Shown: positions 8,809 through 19,677 of the stretch, piece by piece
Numbering within the stretch: position 1 is the first letter of the stretch
Layout of the letters: every line of letters begins with the position of its first letter
Program-made: the position numbers and the translations under genes
The notes under the pieces: generated by a model
What the model was told of the DNA's origin: nothing
The model's input: only the letters and a program-made list of their open reading frames with translations
Database searches by the model: none
NCBI GenBank assembly: GCA_963782055.1
Contig: CAWAIF010000003.1
Span: forward strand, 416,001-480,000
Direction of reading: 5' to 3'
DNA: 64,000 bases
DNA from: an uncultured delta proteobacterium
GTDB taxonomy: Bacteria > Myxococcota_A > Polyangia > Polyangiales > Polyangiaceae

Positions 8809-10593
8809 ATGAAGATCTCGTGCCAGTCGTGCCAGGCCAAGTACACCATCGCGGACGAGAAGGTCCTCGGGAAGATCGTCAAGATCCGCTGCAAGAAGTG
8901 TGGCGCGACGATCGTCATCAACGGCAACGAGCAAGAGGCCGCCACCGCCGCGTTCGACCCGAACGCCGGCGCCGCCGCGCAGAGCCCGGTGTACGACTAC
9001 GCCGCCCAGGGCGGCGGGGAGCCGTGGACGGTCAACGTCACCGACGGCGATCAGCGCACCATGACCACCGCCGACATCGCGGCGGCCTACCGCTCGGGCG
9101 TCGTCGTCGACGACACCTATTGCTGGAAGGACGGCATGGGGGACTGGCTGCCGCTCCGCGACATCCCGGAGCTGTACACGGCGTGCGCCGCCGGCCCGCA
9201 GCCCACGATGAACCCCGACATGGGCGGCGGTTACGACCAGCAGCAGCCCGCGTACGACCAGCAGCCGCGGCAGCCGGCGTACGACCAGCAGCAGTACGAG
9301 CACGAGGGGGACGATCAGCCCACGCAGGCGGCCTTCAGCTCCCTCTTCGGTAACGGGCAGGAGCAGCAGCAGCCGGACACCAACGGCGCCTCGCTCTTCG
9401 GTGGGGCCGCCGCGGCGGCGGTCGCCTCTCCCGCGCCGGCGGCTGCCCGTCGTTCGGGTGGCCGCGGCGGGGCGGACCTCTTCAGCGGCGCCGCGCAGGC
9501 CGGCAGCGAGGAGGACCAGGTGATGACCAGCGCCTCGGCGTCGCCGCAGATGGCGCCCGGGGGCGATCGCATGACCGGCCAGCGCAACGAGAACAGCGTG
9601 CTCTTCTCGCTCTCCGCGCTCACCGCCAACGCCCCGCAGGAGGAGAAGCTCCCCACCGCGCAGGGCGAGGGCTCCGGCCTCATCGACATCCGCGCCCTCT
9701 CGCAGAGCATGGCGGCGGACGAGGGCGCCGGCGGCAAGCACGTCGACGACATCATGAACCTCGGCGGCGGCGGGGCCTTCAGCGCAGCGCTCGCCGCGCC
9801 CGTGCTCGCACCTCCGCCCGCGGATCTCGGCGACCTCAGCGCCCAGGGCGGCGGCAAGAAGAGCAACACCGGCCTCATCGTCGGCATCATCGGTGGCCTC
9901 GGGCTCCTCGGGATCATCGTCGCCGGCGGCCTCTACCTGGCCCTGCACGGCAGCTCCAGCGCCACGACCGATCCCGCCAGCAGCGTGGCCACGGCGACGG
10001 CCGCGCCCACCGAGACGACGACGGCGACGGCCACCGCCCCCGCGACGAGCGTCGCCGCAGCGGACACCAGCGACCAGGCCAAGCCGCCGGACGTGGGCAC
10101 CACCACCGGCGACGCGAAGGAGCCGACGCACACCACCACCACCCACACCACGACGGCGCACACGGGCGGCGGGACGACGCACACCGGCGGCACCACCACG
10201 ACCACGACCACGCACACGAGCGGCTGCGCGGCGGGCGACTTCCAGTGCGAGATGGCGAAGGCCGCCGGCGCGAAGGGCGGCGGCACCACGCACAGCGGCG
10301 GCGGCGGCGGCGGTGGCGGGACGGCGCCGTTCAACATCGGCGCGGCGGCGGGCTCTCTCGGCGGCATCTCGTCGAGCGTCGGTTCGTGCAAGCGCTCCGG
10401 CGGCCCGACGGGTCCCGGTCGCGTGGAAGTCACCTTCCAGCCGAGCGGCCGCGTGTCCACGGTGTCCTTCATCCAGGGCCCTTACAACGGCACCTCGGTG
10501 GGTGGCTGCATCCTCGGCAAGTTCCGCGGCGCGCACGTCCCGCCGTTCTCCGGCGGCCCCACGCCGGTCAAGAAGAGCTTCGTCGTCAACTGA
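8809..10593 (+). CDS. Zinc-ribbon / GYF_2 / TM / TonB-C-like protein (GltJ/AgmX-like gliding-motility family)
   Basis: MKISCQSCQAKY...KIRCKKCG zinc ribbon, TYCWKDGMGDWLPL GYF_2, RNENSVLFSL linker motif, TM helix, Thr-rich stalk, and C-terminal C...GRVEVTFQPSGRVS...C domain. Confidence 0.75.
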   Translation: MKISCQSCQAKYTIADEKVLGKIVKIRCKKCGATIVINGNEQEAATAAFDPNAGAAAQSPVYDYAAQGGGEPWTVNVTDGDQRTMTTADIAAAYRSGVVVDDTYCWKDGMGDWLPLRDIPELYTACAAGPQPTMNPDMGGGYDQQQPAYDQQPRQPAYDQQQYEHEGDDQPTQAAFSSLFGNGQEQQQPDTNGASLFGGAAAAAVASPAPAAARRSGGRGGADLFSGAAQAGSEEDQVMTSASASPQMAPGGDRMTGQRNENSVLFSLSALTANAPQEEKLPTAQGEGSGLIDIRALSQSMAADEGAGGKHVDDIMNLGGGGAFSAALAAPVLAPPPADLGDLSAQGGGKKSNTGLIVGIIGGLGLLGIIVAGGLYLALHGSSSATTDPASSVATATAAPTETTTATATAPATSVAAADTSDQAKPPDVGTTTGDAKEPTHTTTTHTTTAHTGGGTTHTGGTTTTTTTHTSGCAAGDFQCEMAKAAGAKGGGTTHSGGGGGGGGTAPFNIGAAAGSLGGISSSVGSCKRSGGPTGPGRVEVTFQPSGRVSTVSFIQGPYNGTSVGGCILGKFRGAHVPPFSGGPTPVKKSFVVN

Positions 10594-10748
10594 GGATGTC
10601 GAGGCGCTGAGTGAGCCCGATAGGCATCGCGCTCGCGCTCTTCGCCGCCTTCTTGCTCGGCGTGCGCGTCGGGTTCTCGCTCGCGCGCGCCTGGGGCGAC
10701 TCCGGCCGCAAAAGTGACCGCCGCCGCTCCTGAGCCTAGACTTCGCGT

Positions 10749-11939
10749 GTGAGGTGTCTCGCCGGTCTGGTGGTCTTCGGGCTCGCCGTGTCGGCGCGCG
10801 GAGACGCGCCGGCGCGTCCGGCCCGGGCGCCGGTGGAGCCGGCGTGGACCTGGGCGTCGGCCAGCGCGTCGCCGGTGCCGGTCGCGGGATCGGCGCTCAC
10901 CGATCAGGAGAACGACCTGCAGGCCCGCTGCGGCGTCTCGGAGGAGGGACTGCATCGGGTGGCGCAGCGCCTGGTGCAGCGCAAGATCCTCGGCCTGCCG
11001 TACCTCGATCTGGACGGGCTCAGCTTCGCGCAGCGCGCGAGCGGCGAGCCGCACGTCTGGCCACGCGCGTGGATCGTCTCCGGCCGAGCGATGGACCACG
11101 AGGAGACGCTGAAGAAGCTGGAGGCGTGGCGCGCGAGCTTCCACGACATGGGGCAGCGCCGGTGTGGTGTGGCGAGCGGCTACGCACCCGATGGCACGCA
11201 CGTGGTGGCGGCCATCGCCCTCGACGCGCTCGCCGACCTCACCGCGCCCATCCCGACGCGCTCGCACGCCGGCTCGTGGCTCACCGTCGACGCGCGCATG
11301 CTGGTGCCGGCGACGGCCGCGCACGTGGTGATCGTGGGGCCCGGCGGCGAGCCGCACACGGTGCCCACCTCCCTGGACGCGGGGCACGTGCGCGCGCGCT
11401 TCGCGCCCAGCCGGCCTGGCGCCTTCACGGTGCAGGTGGTGGCCGACGTCGCCACCGGCCCGCGCCCGGTGCTCGAGGCGCAGGTCTACGCCGACGCCCA
11501 GCCCCCCGCCGCGATGCCCAGCCTCGCCGCGCCCGGCGAGGCCGCCGCCGCAGGCGCTCCGAGTGAACCGGACGGTCTGCTGCGCATGGTCCAGGCGCTG
11601 CGCGCCGAGGAGCAGCTCCCCCCGCTGCGTCACGACCCGCGCCTCGACGCGGTGGCGTTGGCGCACGCGCGCCGCATGCTCGCCGCGCACACCATCGGCC
11701 ACGACGTCGGCGACGGCGACCCGGCCGAGCGCCTGCAGAACGCCGGGCTCCCGTCGCGCGAGGCGGGCGAGAACGTGGCGCACGCGCAGTCCGTCGTGCT
11801 GGCGCACCGCGCGCTGTGGCAGAGCCCGTCGCACCGGCAGAACCTGGAGCGCGCCCGGTTCGACACCGTGGGCGTGGCGGTGCTCGACGACACCGACGGC
11901 AGCGTGTGGGTGGCCGAGGTGTTCGCCCGCGAGAGGTGA
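10749..11939 (+). CDS. Exported CAP (SCP-like) domain protein
   Basis: C-terminal ALAHARRM...GH...GENVA...SPSHRQNL...VGVAV CAP motif and a signal peptide. Confidence 0.8.
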   Translation: MRCLAGLVVFGLAVSARGDAPARPARAPVEPAWTWASASASPVPVAGSALTDQENDLQARCGVSEEGLHRVAQRLVQRKILGLPYLDLDGLSFAQRASGEPHVWPRAWIVSGRAMDHEETLKKLEAWRASFHDMGQRRCGVASGYAPDGTHVVAAIALDALADLTAPIPTRSHAGSWLTVDARMLVPATAAHVVIVGPGGEPHTVPTSLDAGHVRARFAPSRPGAFTVQVVADVATGPRPVLEAQVYADAQPPAAMPSLAAPGEAAAAGAPSEPDGLLRMVQALRAEEQLPPLRHDPRLDAVALAHARRMLAAHTIGHDVGDGDPAERLQNAGLPSREAGENVAHAQSVVLAHRALWQSPSHRQNLERARFDTVGVAVLDDTDGSVWVAEVFARER

Positions 11940-11940
11940 G

Positions 11941-13752
11941 CTAGTTCTTCTGGACCTGGTTGGTGTCGGTCTGCTTGAGGATCTTGAACTCGACGCGGCG
12001 GTTCGCCTGGCGTCCGGCGGCCGTCGAGTTGGTGGCGATGGGCCGGTCGGGCCCGTAGCCATGCGCCTCCAGCCTGCCGGCGGCGATGCCGTGCTGCGCC
12101 AGCCACCGCACCACCGACTCGGCGCGCGCCTGCGAGAGGCGCCGGTTCATCGCGGCGGCGCCGCGGTTGTCGGTGTGACCCTCCACCGCCATGCGCTGGA
12201 TGTTGGTGTTGACCTTCAGCACGTTGGCGATCTCCTGCAGCATCGGGAAGCTGTCGGGGAGGATCTTGGAGGAGCCGGTCGCGAAGTGGACCTGCTGGGT
12301 GATCTTGATCACCCCGCCCTCCATCGAGATGAACTGCGGGCAGCCGTTCTTCTTCGGGTCGGCGGAGCGCTGACCTGGCTGCTTCGGGCAGGCGTCCTGG
12401 GTGTCGGGGATGCCGTCGTTGTCGGCGTCCACCTCCGGGCAGCCGTCGCCGTCGTCGACGCCGTCCTTGTCCTCCGGCTGGTCGGGGCACTTGTCGTACT
12501 GGTCGGGCACGCCGTCGTTGTCGCGATCCGGCGGCGCGGGGCAGCCGTCGTCCGGCTCGCTGCCCTTGTGGTCCTCGGCCTCCGTCGGGCAGCCGTCGAT
12601 GTCGTCGGGGATGCCGTCGCCGTCGGTGTCCTTACCCTCTTCGTCGCGCCAGCGCTCGCGCAGCGCCATGCGCTTGTCGACCTCGGGGGACCGGGCGCTC
12701 GAGCCCGGGAGGATCACGTAGGTGCCGATGCTCGCCACCGCGCGGAAGTCCGGCGCGCCGTAGCCGGGGACGATCAGCGTGCCGGCCGACACGCCCGTCC
12801 ACCAGTGCTCGCTCGGGCCGAACTTCATGCGGCCCTCCGCGCTCCACTCGAGGGGGGTGTTGCCGAGCCGGAAGAAGGTGTCGCCCACGATCTGGTCGCT
12901 GCGGATGCCCGTCTGCCCCCAGATGTTGAGGCCGATGCGGTACTTGCCGTTCTTGAGCGGCACGAAGGCGCCGACCGCCCAGCGCCACTCGTCGGAGACG
13001 CCGATGCCGTCGTTGATCGCGGCGTCGTTGAGCGAGTTCTCCGGCCGGAGCTGGATGCCCATCTGGCCGGCGATCACCAGCCACTTGAGGTCGTACTCCG
13101 CCGAGGCCTGAAAGAGCGCGGAGAGGCTGCCGTCGCCGCCGAACCTGTCTGTGCTGCCCGTCGGCACGAAGAGGGAGATTTGCCCGCCGACGGAGAAGCG
13201 CCGGTTGGGCGTGCGGTAGGCGACGGCGCGCGCGTCGAAGCGCATGTCGTTGGCGACGGGGCCGGCCGGGTGGATGAAGGACTGCGACACGCCCGACTGC
13301 AGGAGGGAGCCCTGGTAGTTGGGGTTCTGGCCTTGCTGCCAGGGGGAGAAGGGGAGCCCCAGCGAGAGAGTGAAGCGGTTGAGGAACTGCACGCCGACGA
13401 CCGGATAGAGCGTGAGCTGGTCCTCGATCACGCTGTGCGCCGAAGCCTTGAGCGTGGGCGTCTCGTTGACCAGCGTGCTCATTCGCAGCGGGTCGTACGA
13501 GTAGCCCATCGCGAGCTGGCCGAAGAAGATGGCCTGCGGCTGGGTGACCGGACGGAACAGGACCATCCCGTCATCGGGCGCGCCGGGGATCTGCAGGCGG
13601 TCGAGGTAGAACGTCCGCGCCTGGGCGTGGGCCAGGGCGGGGGCTGCGAGGAGCGCACCGCCGCTGAGCGCGGCCATGAGCCAGCGGCCGATGCGACGGC
13701 CGAGGTGCTGTGCAGCCCGGCCCTTCGGGGGCCTCATGTCTTCTTGTGCCAT
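11941..13752 (-). CDS. Second OmpA-family protein with TSP3 repeats (TraB-like architecture)
   Basis: Signal peptide AHA-Q, DxDGDGIPDxxDxCP repeats and VEGHTDNRG...NRRVEF. Confidence 0.88.
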   Translation of the reverse strand: MAQEDMRPPKGRAAQHLGRRIGRWLMAALSGGALLAAPALAHAQARTFYLDRLQIPGAPDDGMVLFRPVTQPQAIFFGQLAMGYSYDPLRMSTLVNETPTLKASAHSVIEDQLTLYPVVGVQFLNRFTLSLGLPFSPWQQGQNPNYQGSLLQSGVSQSFIHPAGPVANDMRFDARAVAYRTPNRRFSVGGQISLFVPTGSTDRFGGDGSLSALFQASAEYDLKWLVIAGQMGIQLRPENSLNDAAINDGIGVSDEWRWAVGAFVPLKNGKYRIGLNIWGQTGIRSDQIVGDTFFRLGNTPLEWSAEGRMKFGPSEHWWTGVSAGTLIVPGYGAPDFRAVASIGTYVILPGSSARSPEVDKRMALRERWRDEEGKDTDGDGIPDDIDGCPTEAEDHKGSEPDDGCPAPPDRDNDGVPDQYDKCPDQPEDKDGVDDGDGCPEVDADNDGIPDTQDACPKQPGQRSADPKKNGCPQFISMEGGVIKITQQVHFATGSSKILPDSFPMLQEIANVLKVNTNIQRMAVEGHTDNRGAAAMNRRLSQARAESVVRWLAQHGIAAGRLEAHGYGPDRPIATNSTAAGRQANRRVEFKILKQTDTNQVQKN

Positions 13753-13995
13753 GCGATTATCCCGTCGCGGCTAGAAGGTACACTGACCAGCTGCTGTCGA
13801 TCCGAAAATTCGCCCCGAGAGATCGGGCACCTACAGCCCCGCCGACCGCCGCCGCGCCTGCCCTCCTGCCCCATTGATCCGGCCGCCAGCACCCTTCCGA
13901 TCGGTCCGGCTCGCGCCGCTGCTTGACGGTCACGCCGTTCGGTGCTTTTGTTCGCGCCCCTCGCGGGCCAGAAGTCCGCGTCAGCCGAGACTGCC

Positions 13996-14145
13996 ATGAA
14001 ACGCACCTACCAGCCGCACAACCTCCGCCGCCTGCGTACGCACGGCTTCCGCGCCCGCATGGCCACCGCAGGGGGCCGCAAGGTGCTCTCCAACCGCCGC
14101 CGCAAGGGCCGCCACCGGCTGACGGTCGGCATCTACAAGAAGTAG
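13996..14145 (+). CDS. rpmH: 50S ribosomal protein L34
   Basis: [42 protein letters not shown]. Confidence 0.98.
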   Translation: MKRTYQPHNLRRLRTHGFRARMATAGGRKVLSNRRRKGRHRLTVGIYKK

Positions 14146-14171
14146 CGCCCCGGCTGGCGCCGAGCCGCGCC

Positions 14172-14609
14172 ATGACCGCGCGTGTCTTCTCCTTCGGTGC
14201 CGATCGGCGCATCCGCAAGCGCCGCGAGTTCCTGCGCGTGCAGCGCACGGGCCGTCCTGTGCGCACCGCGCACTTCGTTCTGCTCGTGGCCCCGCGCGAG
14301 CAGGACGGGCCCTCGCGCCTCGGCGTGGTCACCACACGCAAACTCGGCGGCGCCGTGGTGCGAAACCGCATCAAGCGCCTGTGCCGGGAGAGCTTCCGTC
14401 TCCAGCCGGCGCTGGTGCCCGCGGGCGTCGATCTGGTCGTCATCGCCCGCTCCGGGGCGGAGAAGCTCGGCCTCGAGCAGGTGCAGCGCGAGTGGGCGGG
14501 TGTTCAGGGCCCCCTTCGCAAGAGGTGCGAAGAAGCGCTGCGAGACGCAAAGAATCGGCCTCCGCCCGTTGTCAGCCCGGCCTCGAAGGGCCATCTTTCG
14601 AGCCGCTGA
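14172..14609 (+). CDS. rnpA: Ribonuclease P protein component
   Basis: RIRKRREF...RLGVVTTRKLGGAVVRNRIKRLCRESFR, directly after rpmH. Confidence 0.95.
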   Translation: MTARVFSFGADRRIRKRREFLRVQRTGRPVRTAHFVLLVAPREQDGPSRLGVVTTRKLGGAVVRNRIKRLCRESFRLQPALVPAGVDLVVIARSGAEKLGLEQVQREWAGVQGPLRKRCEEALRDAKNRPPPVVSPASKGHLSSR

Positions 14610-14869
14610 TGCTCGCGAAGCTGCTCATTTCGTTGATCCGCGTCTACCAGATGACGCTCTCGCGCCTGCTCGGCAACGTCTGCCGTTTCGAGCCGTCCTG
14701 CTCTCGTTACGCGGTGGGCTGCCTCGAGGCGCACGGCGCGTGGCGTGGCAGCTTGCTTTCGGTGGTGCGGCTGTGTAAGTGCCATCCGTTTCACCCGGGC
14801 GGCGTGGACCTGCCCCCGCCGAAGGGCACCCCCCTCAAAGAGGCCCTGTTGTCGCGCAAGAGCACCTGA
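14609..14869 (+). CDS. yidD: Membrane protein insertion efficiency factor
   Basis: YQMTLS...CRFEPSCSRYA...CKCHPFHPGGVD, with TGATG coupling to rnpA. Confidence 0.95.
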   Translation: MLAKLLISLIRVYQMTLSRLLGNVCRFEPSCSRYAVGCLEAHGAWRGSLLSVVRLCKCHPFHPGGVDLPPPKGTPLKEALLSRKST

Positions 14870-16702
14870 TGGATCGCAACTCGATAATTCGCACGGTGCT
14901 CATCTTCGGCGTGATCCTCGTCCTGTGGAAGGTCGTGTGGCCGAAGATCCACGGCGAGGAGTCGGAGAAGCCGCAGAGCGATTACCTCTCGGCGGAGACG
15001 TACGTCGACGCCCCCGACTTCCCGCCCGATCCGGTCGTGCAGAAGCCCGCGCCGCCGAACGCGCCCCCGCCTGCGCCGGTGGAGACGTGCCACATCAAGG
15101 GCAAGCGCTTCGACGCCGAGATGTCGACGCGCGGCGCGGCGCTCACCCACTTCTGGCTCCTGGACAAGCAGTACGCCAGCGACCCCTCGTCCCGCTTCGA
15201 CATGGTGACGAGCAACTGGGACTCGGCCAAGTGGAAGGGGCTGGAGCGGTGGCGTCCCCTGCGCACGGTGTTCCGCGCGAAGGGCGCGGACGATCAGGTC
15301 AAGTACGACCGCTTCAACTGGAAGCTCCAGCAGCAGGGCGACACCGGCTGCGTCTTCACCTACACCGACGCGGACGTCTCCATCACCAAGACGGTCACCG
15401 CCGGCGATCGCCCCTTCGAGCTGAAGGTGGACACCAAGGTGAAGAACCTGGCGGACACCCCACGCAAGCACCAGCTCGCCGTGCAGATGTACGCCTTCCA
15501 TCTCAACGAGGAGATGAAGAGCCACCTCGGGCGCGTCTCGCCCTTCGTGACCGACCTGGACTGCGGCGTGGGCCACAAGGTCACGCGCAAGACCACCAAC
15601 GACTTCAAGAAGGGGTGGTTCGACCAGGACGGTGCCGACCGCTTCGCCGCCATCTCCAACTATTACTTCGCGCAGGCGATCATCCCGGAGAACGGCGCGG
15701 GCCAGTGCCGCCTCCTCGCGGAGGAGTGGTACACCGCGGGCCAGAAGCCCGACGCCGACGACGCGGGCATCGTCTTCCACGCCGATTCTCGTCTACCCCC
15801 AGCGCACGCTCCAGAAAGGCCAGGAGGCGGACTACCAGGACACCGCCTTCCTCGGGCCGAAGGAGCGCGACATCCTCAAGACCGCCGGCGGTCCGGGCAA
15901 GGACCTGGGGGACCTCATCAACCTCGGCTTCTTCTCGCCCGTCGCCAAGGTGCTCGTCGGCGCGCTGGTGTGGCTCAAGACCAAGATCACCGGGAACTGG
16001 GGCCTCTCCATCGTGCTGCTCACGGTGGTGCTTCGGCTGATCCTCTTCCCGCTGACGTGGAAGTCCATCAAGACCACCGTCAACATGCGCCGGCTCAAGC
16101 CGGAGCTCGACGCCCTCAACAAGAAGTTCGCGGGCGACGCCCAGGCCAAGAACCTGGCGATGATGGAGCTGTACAAGAAACGGGGCGTGAACCCGCTGGG
16201 CGGCTGCCTCCCGCAGCTCATCCAGATGCCCGTCTGGTTCGCGATGTACACGACCCTCCAGACGGCCGTGGAGATGTACCACACGCGCTTCTTGTGGTTC
16301 CACGACCTGTCCGCCCCCGATCAGCTCTTCGGGGCGCTCCACCTTCCCTTCATCGGCCACCTGCCGGCGTTCGGCCCGCTGCCCTTCGTGCTCGGCGCGC
16401 TGATGGTCCTGCAGCAGAAGATCGTGCCCACGCAGATCGCCGACCCGATGCAGCAGAAGCTCATGATGTACGTCATGCCCGGCGTCTTCATGGTGATGAT
16501 GCTCTTCTTGCCCGCCGCGCTCGGCGTCTACATGCTGACCAACAGCGTGCTGGGCATCAGCCAGCAGCTTCTGGTGGAGAAGTTCGCGCCGCACGACGGC
16601 GGGACTGGCGGCGGCAAGGACACCTCGTCGAAGGGGACGAAGGGCAAGGACGACGGGTCGCTCAAGGCGGCCGTGCTCGGAAAGGGTAAGGCTCGTGTCT
16701 GA
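14869..16702 (+). CDS. yidC: Membrane protein insertase YidC (apparent +1 frameshift at ~15786)
   Basis: The periplasmic N-terminal half is in one frame. The C-terminal half (FLGPKE...NWGLSIVLLT...NPLGGCLPQLIQMPVW) is in another, and removing one T from GCCGATTCTC joins them. Confidence 0.92.
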
Positions 16703-17264
16703 CAACAACGTGACGGGGGAAGCGCAGTCGGAAACTTCATCACTCTCGGGGCCCGCCGTGGACGAGGCGTCGCTCGACGGGCAGACGCAGCGTGCGCTCG
16801 GCTTCGTGCGCAAGCTGCTCGTGCAGATGGGCATGAACGCCGAGGTGACCGTGGCTCCGGACGACGGCGAGAGCGAGAACGCCGACGAGATCCGGCTGGA
16901 GATCGAGGGGCCCGACGCCGGGCGCGTCATCGGCAAGCGCGGCAGCGTGCTGGAGGCCATCCAGTACCTGACGACGCGCATCGTGCACAAGAAGCAGGGC
17001 GATGCCCGGCGCCACGTCGGCGTCGACGCCGAGGGCTACCGCGCCCGCCACGAGGACCAGCTCGCCGACATGGCGCGTCGCCTGGGCGAGCGCGTCGCCA
17101 AGGAGGGCAAGATCATCACCTTCGACCCGATGAGCGCGCGCGACCGCCGCGTGGTGCACCGCGCCCTGCAGGACTTCGGCGGCGTGAGGACGGAGTCGAG
17201 CGGCGAGGGCCCCGACCGTCGTGTGCAGATCATCCCGGTCAAGCAGCCCCCGCCGGAGGGGTGA
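16695..17264 (+). CDS. jag: Jag/KhpB RNA-binding protein (KH + R3H)
   Basis: VIGKRGSVLEAIQYL (KH) and PMSARDRRVVH...SSGEGPDRRV (R3H), following yidC. Confidence 0.92.
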   Translation: MSDNNVTGEAQSETSSLSGPAVDEASLDGQTQRALGFVRKLLVQMGMNAEVTVAPDDGESENADEIRLEIEGPDAGRVIGKRGSVLEAIQYLTTRIVHKKQGDARRHVGVDAEGYRARHEDQLADMARRLGERVAKEGKIITFDPMSARDRRVVHRALQDFGGVRTESSGEGPDRRVQIIPVKQPPPEG

Positions 17265-17276
17265 GGCTCGCGGTGG

Positions 17277-18206
<930 letters not shown>

Positions 18207-18238
18207 CGAGAGCGCGCCAGACGCGCTAAGCTCCGCCC

Positions 18239-18607
18239 GTGCGCCTCGCTACCCCGCTCGTCCTTGCCGCCGCCGCGAGCCTCGCGCTCGCCGCCTTCGC
18301 CGCGTGCTCGTCCAACACCCCGTCGGACACCTCCGACGCCGGAGAGGACGCCGCGTCCGACGCGCCCGACTTCTGCGGCCAGTTCACCAAGGTGGGCGAC
18401 CCGTGCCCGCAGGCGTCACCCGTCGTCTGCTTCGCCGACTGCGATGGCGGGTGCAGGTGCGTGCCCGGTGCGGGCGGGCCGACGTGGACCTGCACCACCG
18501 ACACCTCGTGCCATCCGGACGCGGCGCCGGTGGACCTGGACGCAGCCGACTTCCCCGACACGTCGGGCGATTCCGACGCCGGCGCCTCCGACGCCGCATC
18601 GGAGTGA
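18239..18607 (+). CDS. Small Cys-rich lipoprotein
   Basis: Lipobox FAAC, eight further Cys and DAG-rich low-complexity flanks. Confidence 0.65.
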   Translation: MRLATPLVLAAAASLALAAFAACSSNTPSDTSDAGEDAASDAPDFCGQFTKVGDPCPQASPVVCFADCDGGCRCVPGAGGPTWTCTTDTSCHPDAAPVDLDAADFPDTSGDSDAGASDAASE

Positions 18608-18654
18608 TCGCGCGGGCGTGGTGATCCCGTCCGCGCGGTGATCGCGTGGCCTGA

Positions 18655-19677
18655 TCAGCCGTGGCGCAGGTCGACCGGGCCGTCCAGCGGTGGGCGCTGC
18701 ATCGCGCCCAGGGCGGAGAGGCGCGCGCCGGCGGGGACGAGAGCGCGCGTGCGCTCCGGGTCGGTCGCCCCCGCGGCGGCGATGAAATGTGCAAACTGCA
18801 CCCATCTCGCGGGCGCGTCCTCCAGGCGTCGCACCGGGACGACCACCACGTGGCGGCCGGGCGGCGGGAGGTGCACCTCGGCCGCGACACCGACGGCGTG
18901 CGCCTCGCCGGCGAGCAGGCGGCCGGCGAACGCCATGGTGTCCAGCCAGCGGCGGGCCCCGGCGCGCTCGTCGGGGGCGAGCTCCCCGCGCGGCACGCGA
19001 CGCCCGGCCGCGCCCAGCGCCGCGTCGAGCGCGGCCGCGAAGGCGTCGGCGTCGCCCTCCACGAAGGCCACGCGCGGGCTGAGGCACCCGCGCTGGTCGA
19101 AGGGGACGACGTCCTCGGCGAGCAACGTGGCAGCGCGCTCCGGCGGCATGGACGCCTCGACGAGGGCGACGCCCAGCCCCGCGCCGTGGCCGCGCACGGT
19201 GACGCGGCGGCGCGCCCGCGCGCGAACGTCGGCGACGGTCGCGTCGCGGCCGTAGACGTGGATCTCGCCTGCGGTCACGTCCTCCACCACGCGCTCCGGC
19301 GCGAGGCGCACCCTGGGATCGGCGAGCGCCGCCACGAGCGCAGCCGTGAAGGCGGGCTCGCGGCGGGAAGGGCGGACGGTGACGTCCTCGCTGGCGGCGA
19401 GGGCGAGCGCGACGGCGCGCAGGGCGCCGACGAAGACGTTGGCGGAGAGAACCACGTGGACCGACGATGCCTCCGCGGTCCTCGCGACCAGGCGCGCCAG
19501 CTCCTCGGGGGAGGGGTCGGTCTCCAGGTGGTGCTCCAGCGCCAGGTGCACCCCCTCCGGCGAGAGGCCCGTGGCCGCCTGGAGGTCTCGCGCGAGCACG
19601 GCGTCACCCACGAGGGCGCGCGCGGCGTCCGCGACGCGCTTGGCGTCCAGCGCCCGGCTGGCGGGGTCGCGCCTCAT
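18655..19677 (-). CDS. Acyl-CoA/acyl-protein reductase, LuxC-like (aldehyde dehydrogenase fold)
   Basis: HVVLSANVF, VRPSRREP, VYGRDATV, HGAGLG and FDQRGCLSP (LuxC-type catalytic Cys). ATGA overlap with the LuxE-like gene. Confidence 0.78.
   Translation of the reverse strand: MRRDPASRALDAKRVADAARALVGDAVLARDLQAATGLSPEGVHLALEHHLETDPSPEELARLVARTAEASSVHVVLSANVFVGALRAVALALAASEDVTVRPSRREPAFTAALVAALADPRVRLAPERVVEDVTAGEIHVYGRDATVADVRARARRRVTVRGHGAGLGVALVEASMPPERAATLLAEDVVPFDQRGCLSPRVAFVEGDADAFAAALDAALGAAGRRVPRGELAPDERAGARRWLDTMAFAGRLLAGEAHAVGVAAEVHLPPPGRHVVVVPVRRLEDAPARWVQFAHFIAAAGATDPERTRALVPAGARLSALGAMQRPPLDGPVDLRHG

Noticed and set aside
13753..13995. oriC next to rpmH
   Set aside because: There is no dnaA, no TTATCCACA box cluster and no AT-rich unwinding element.
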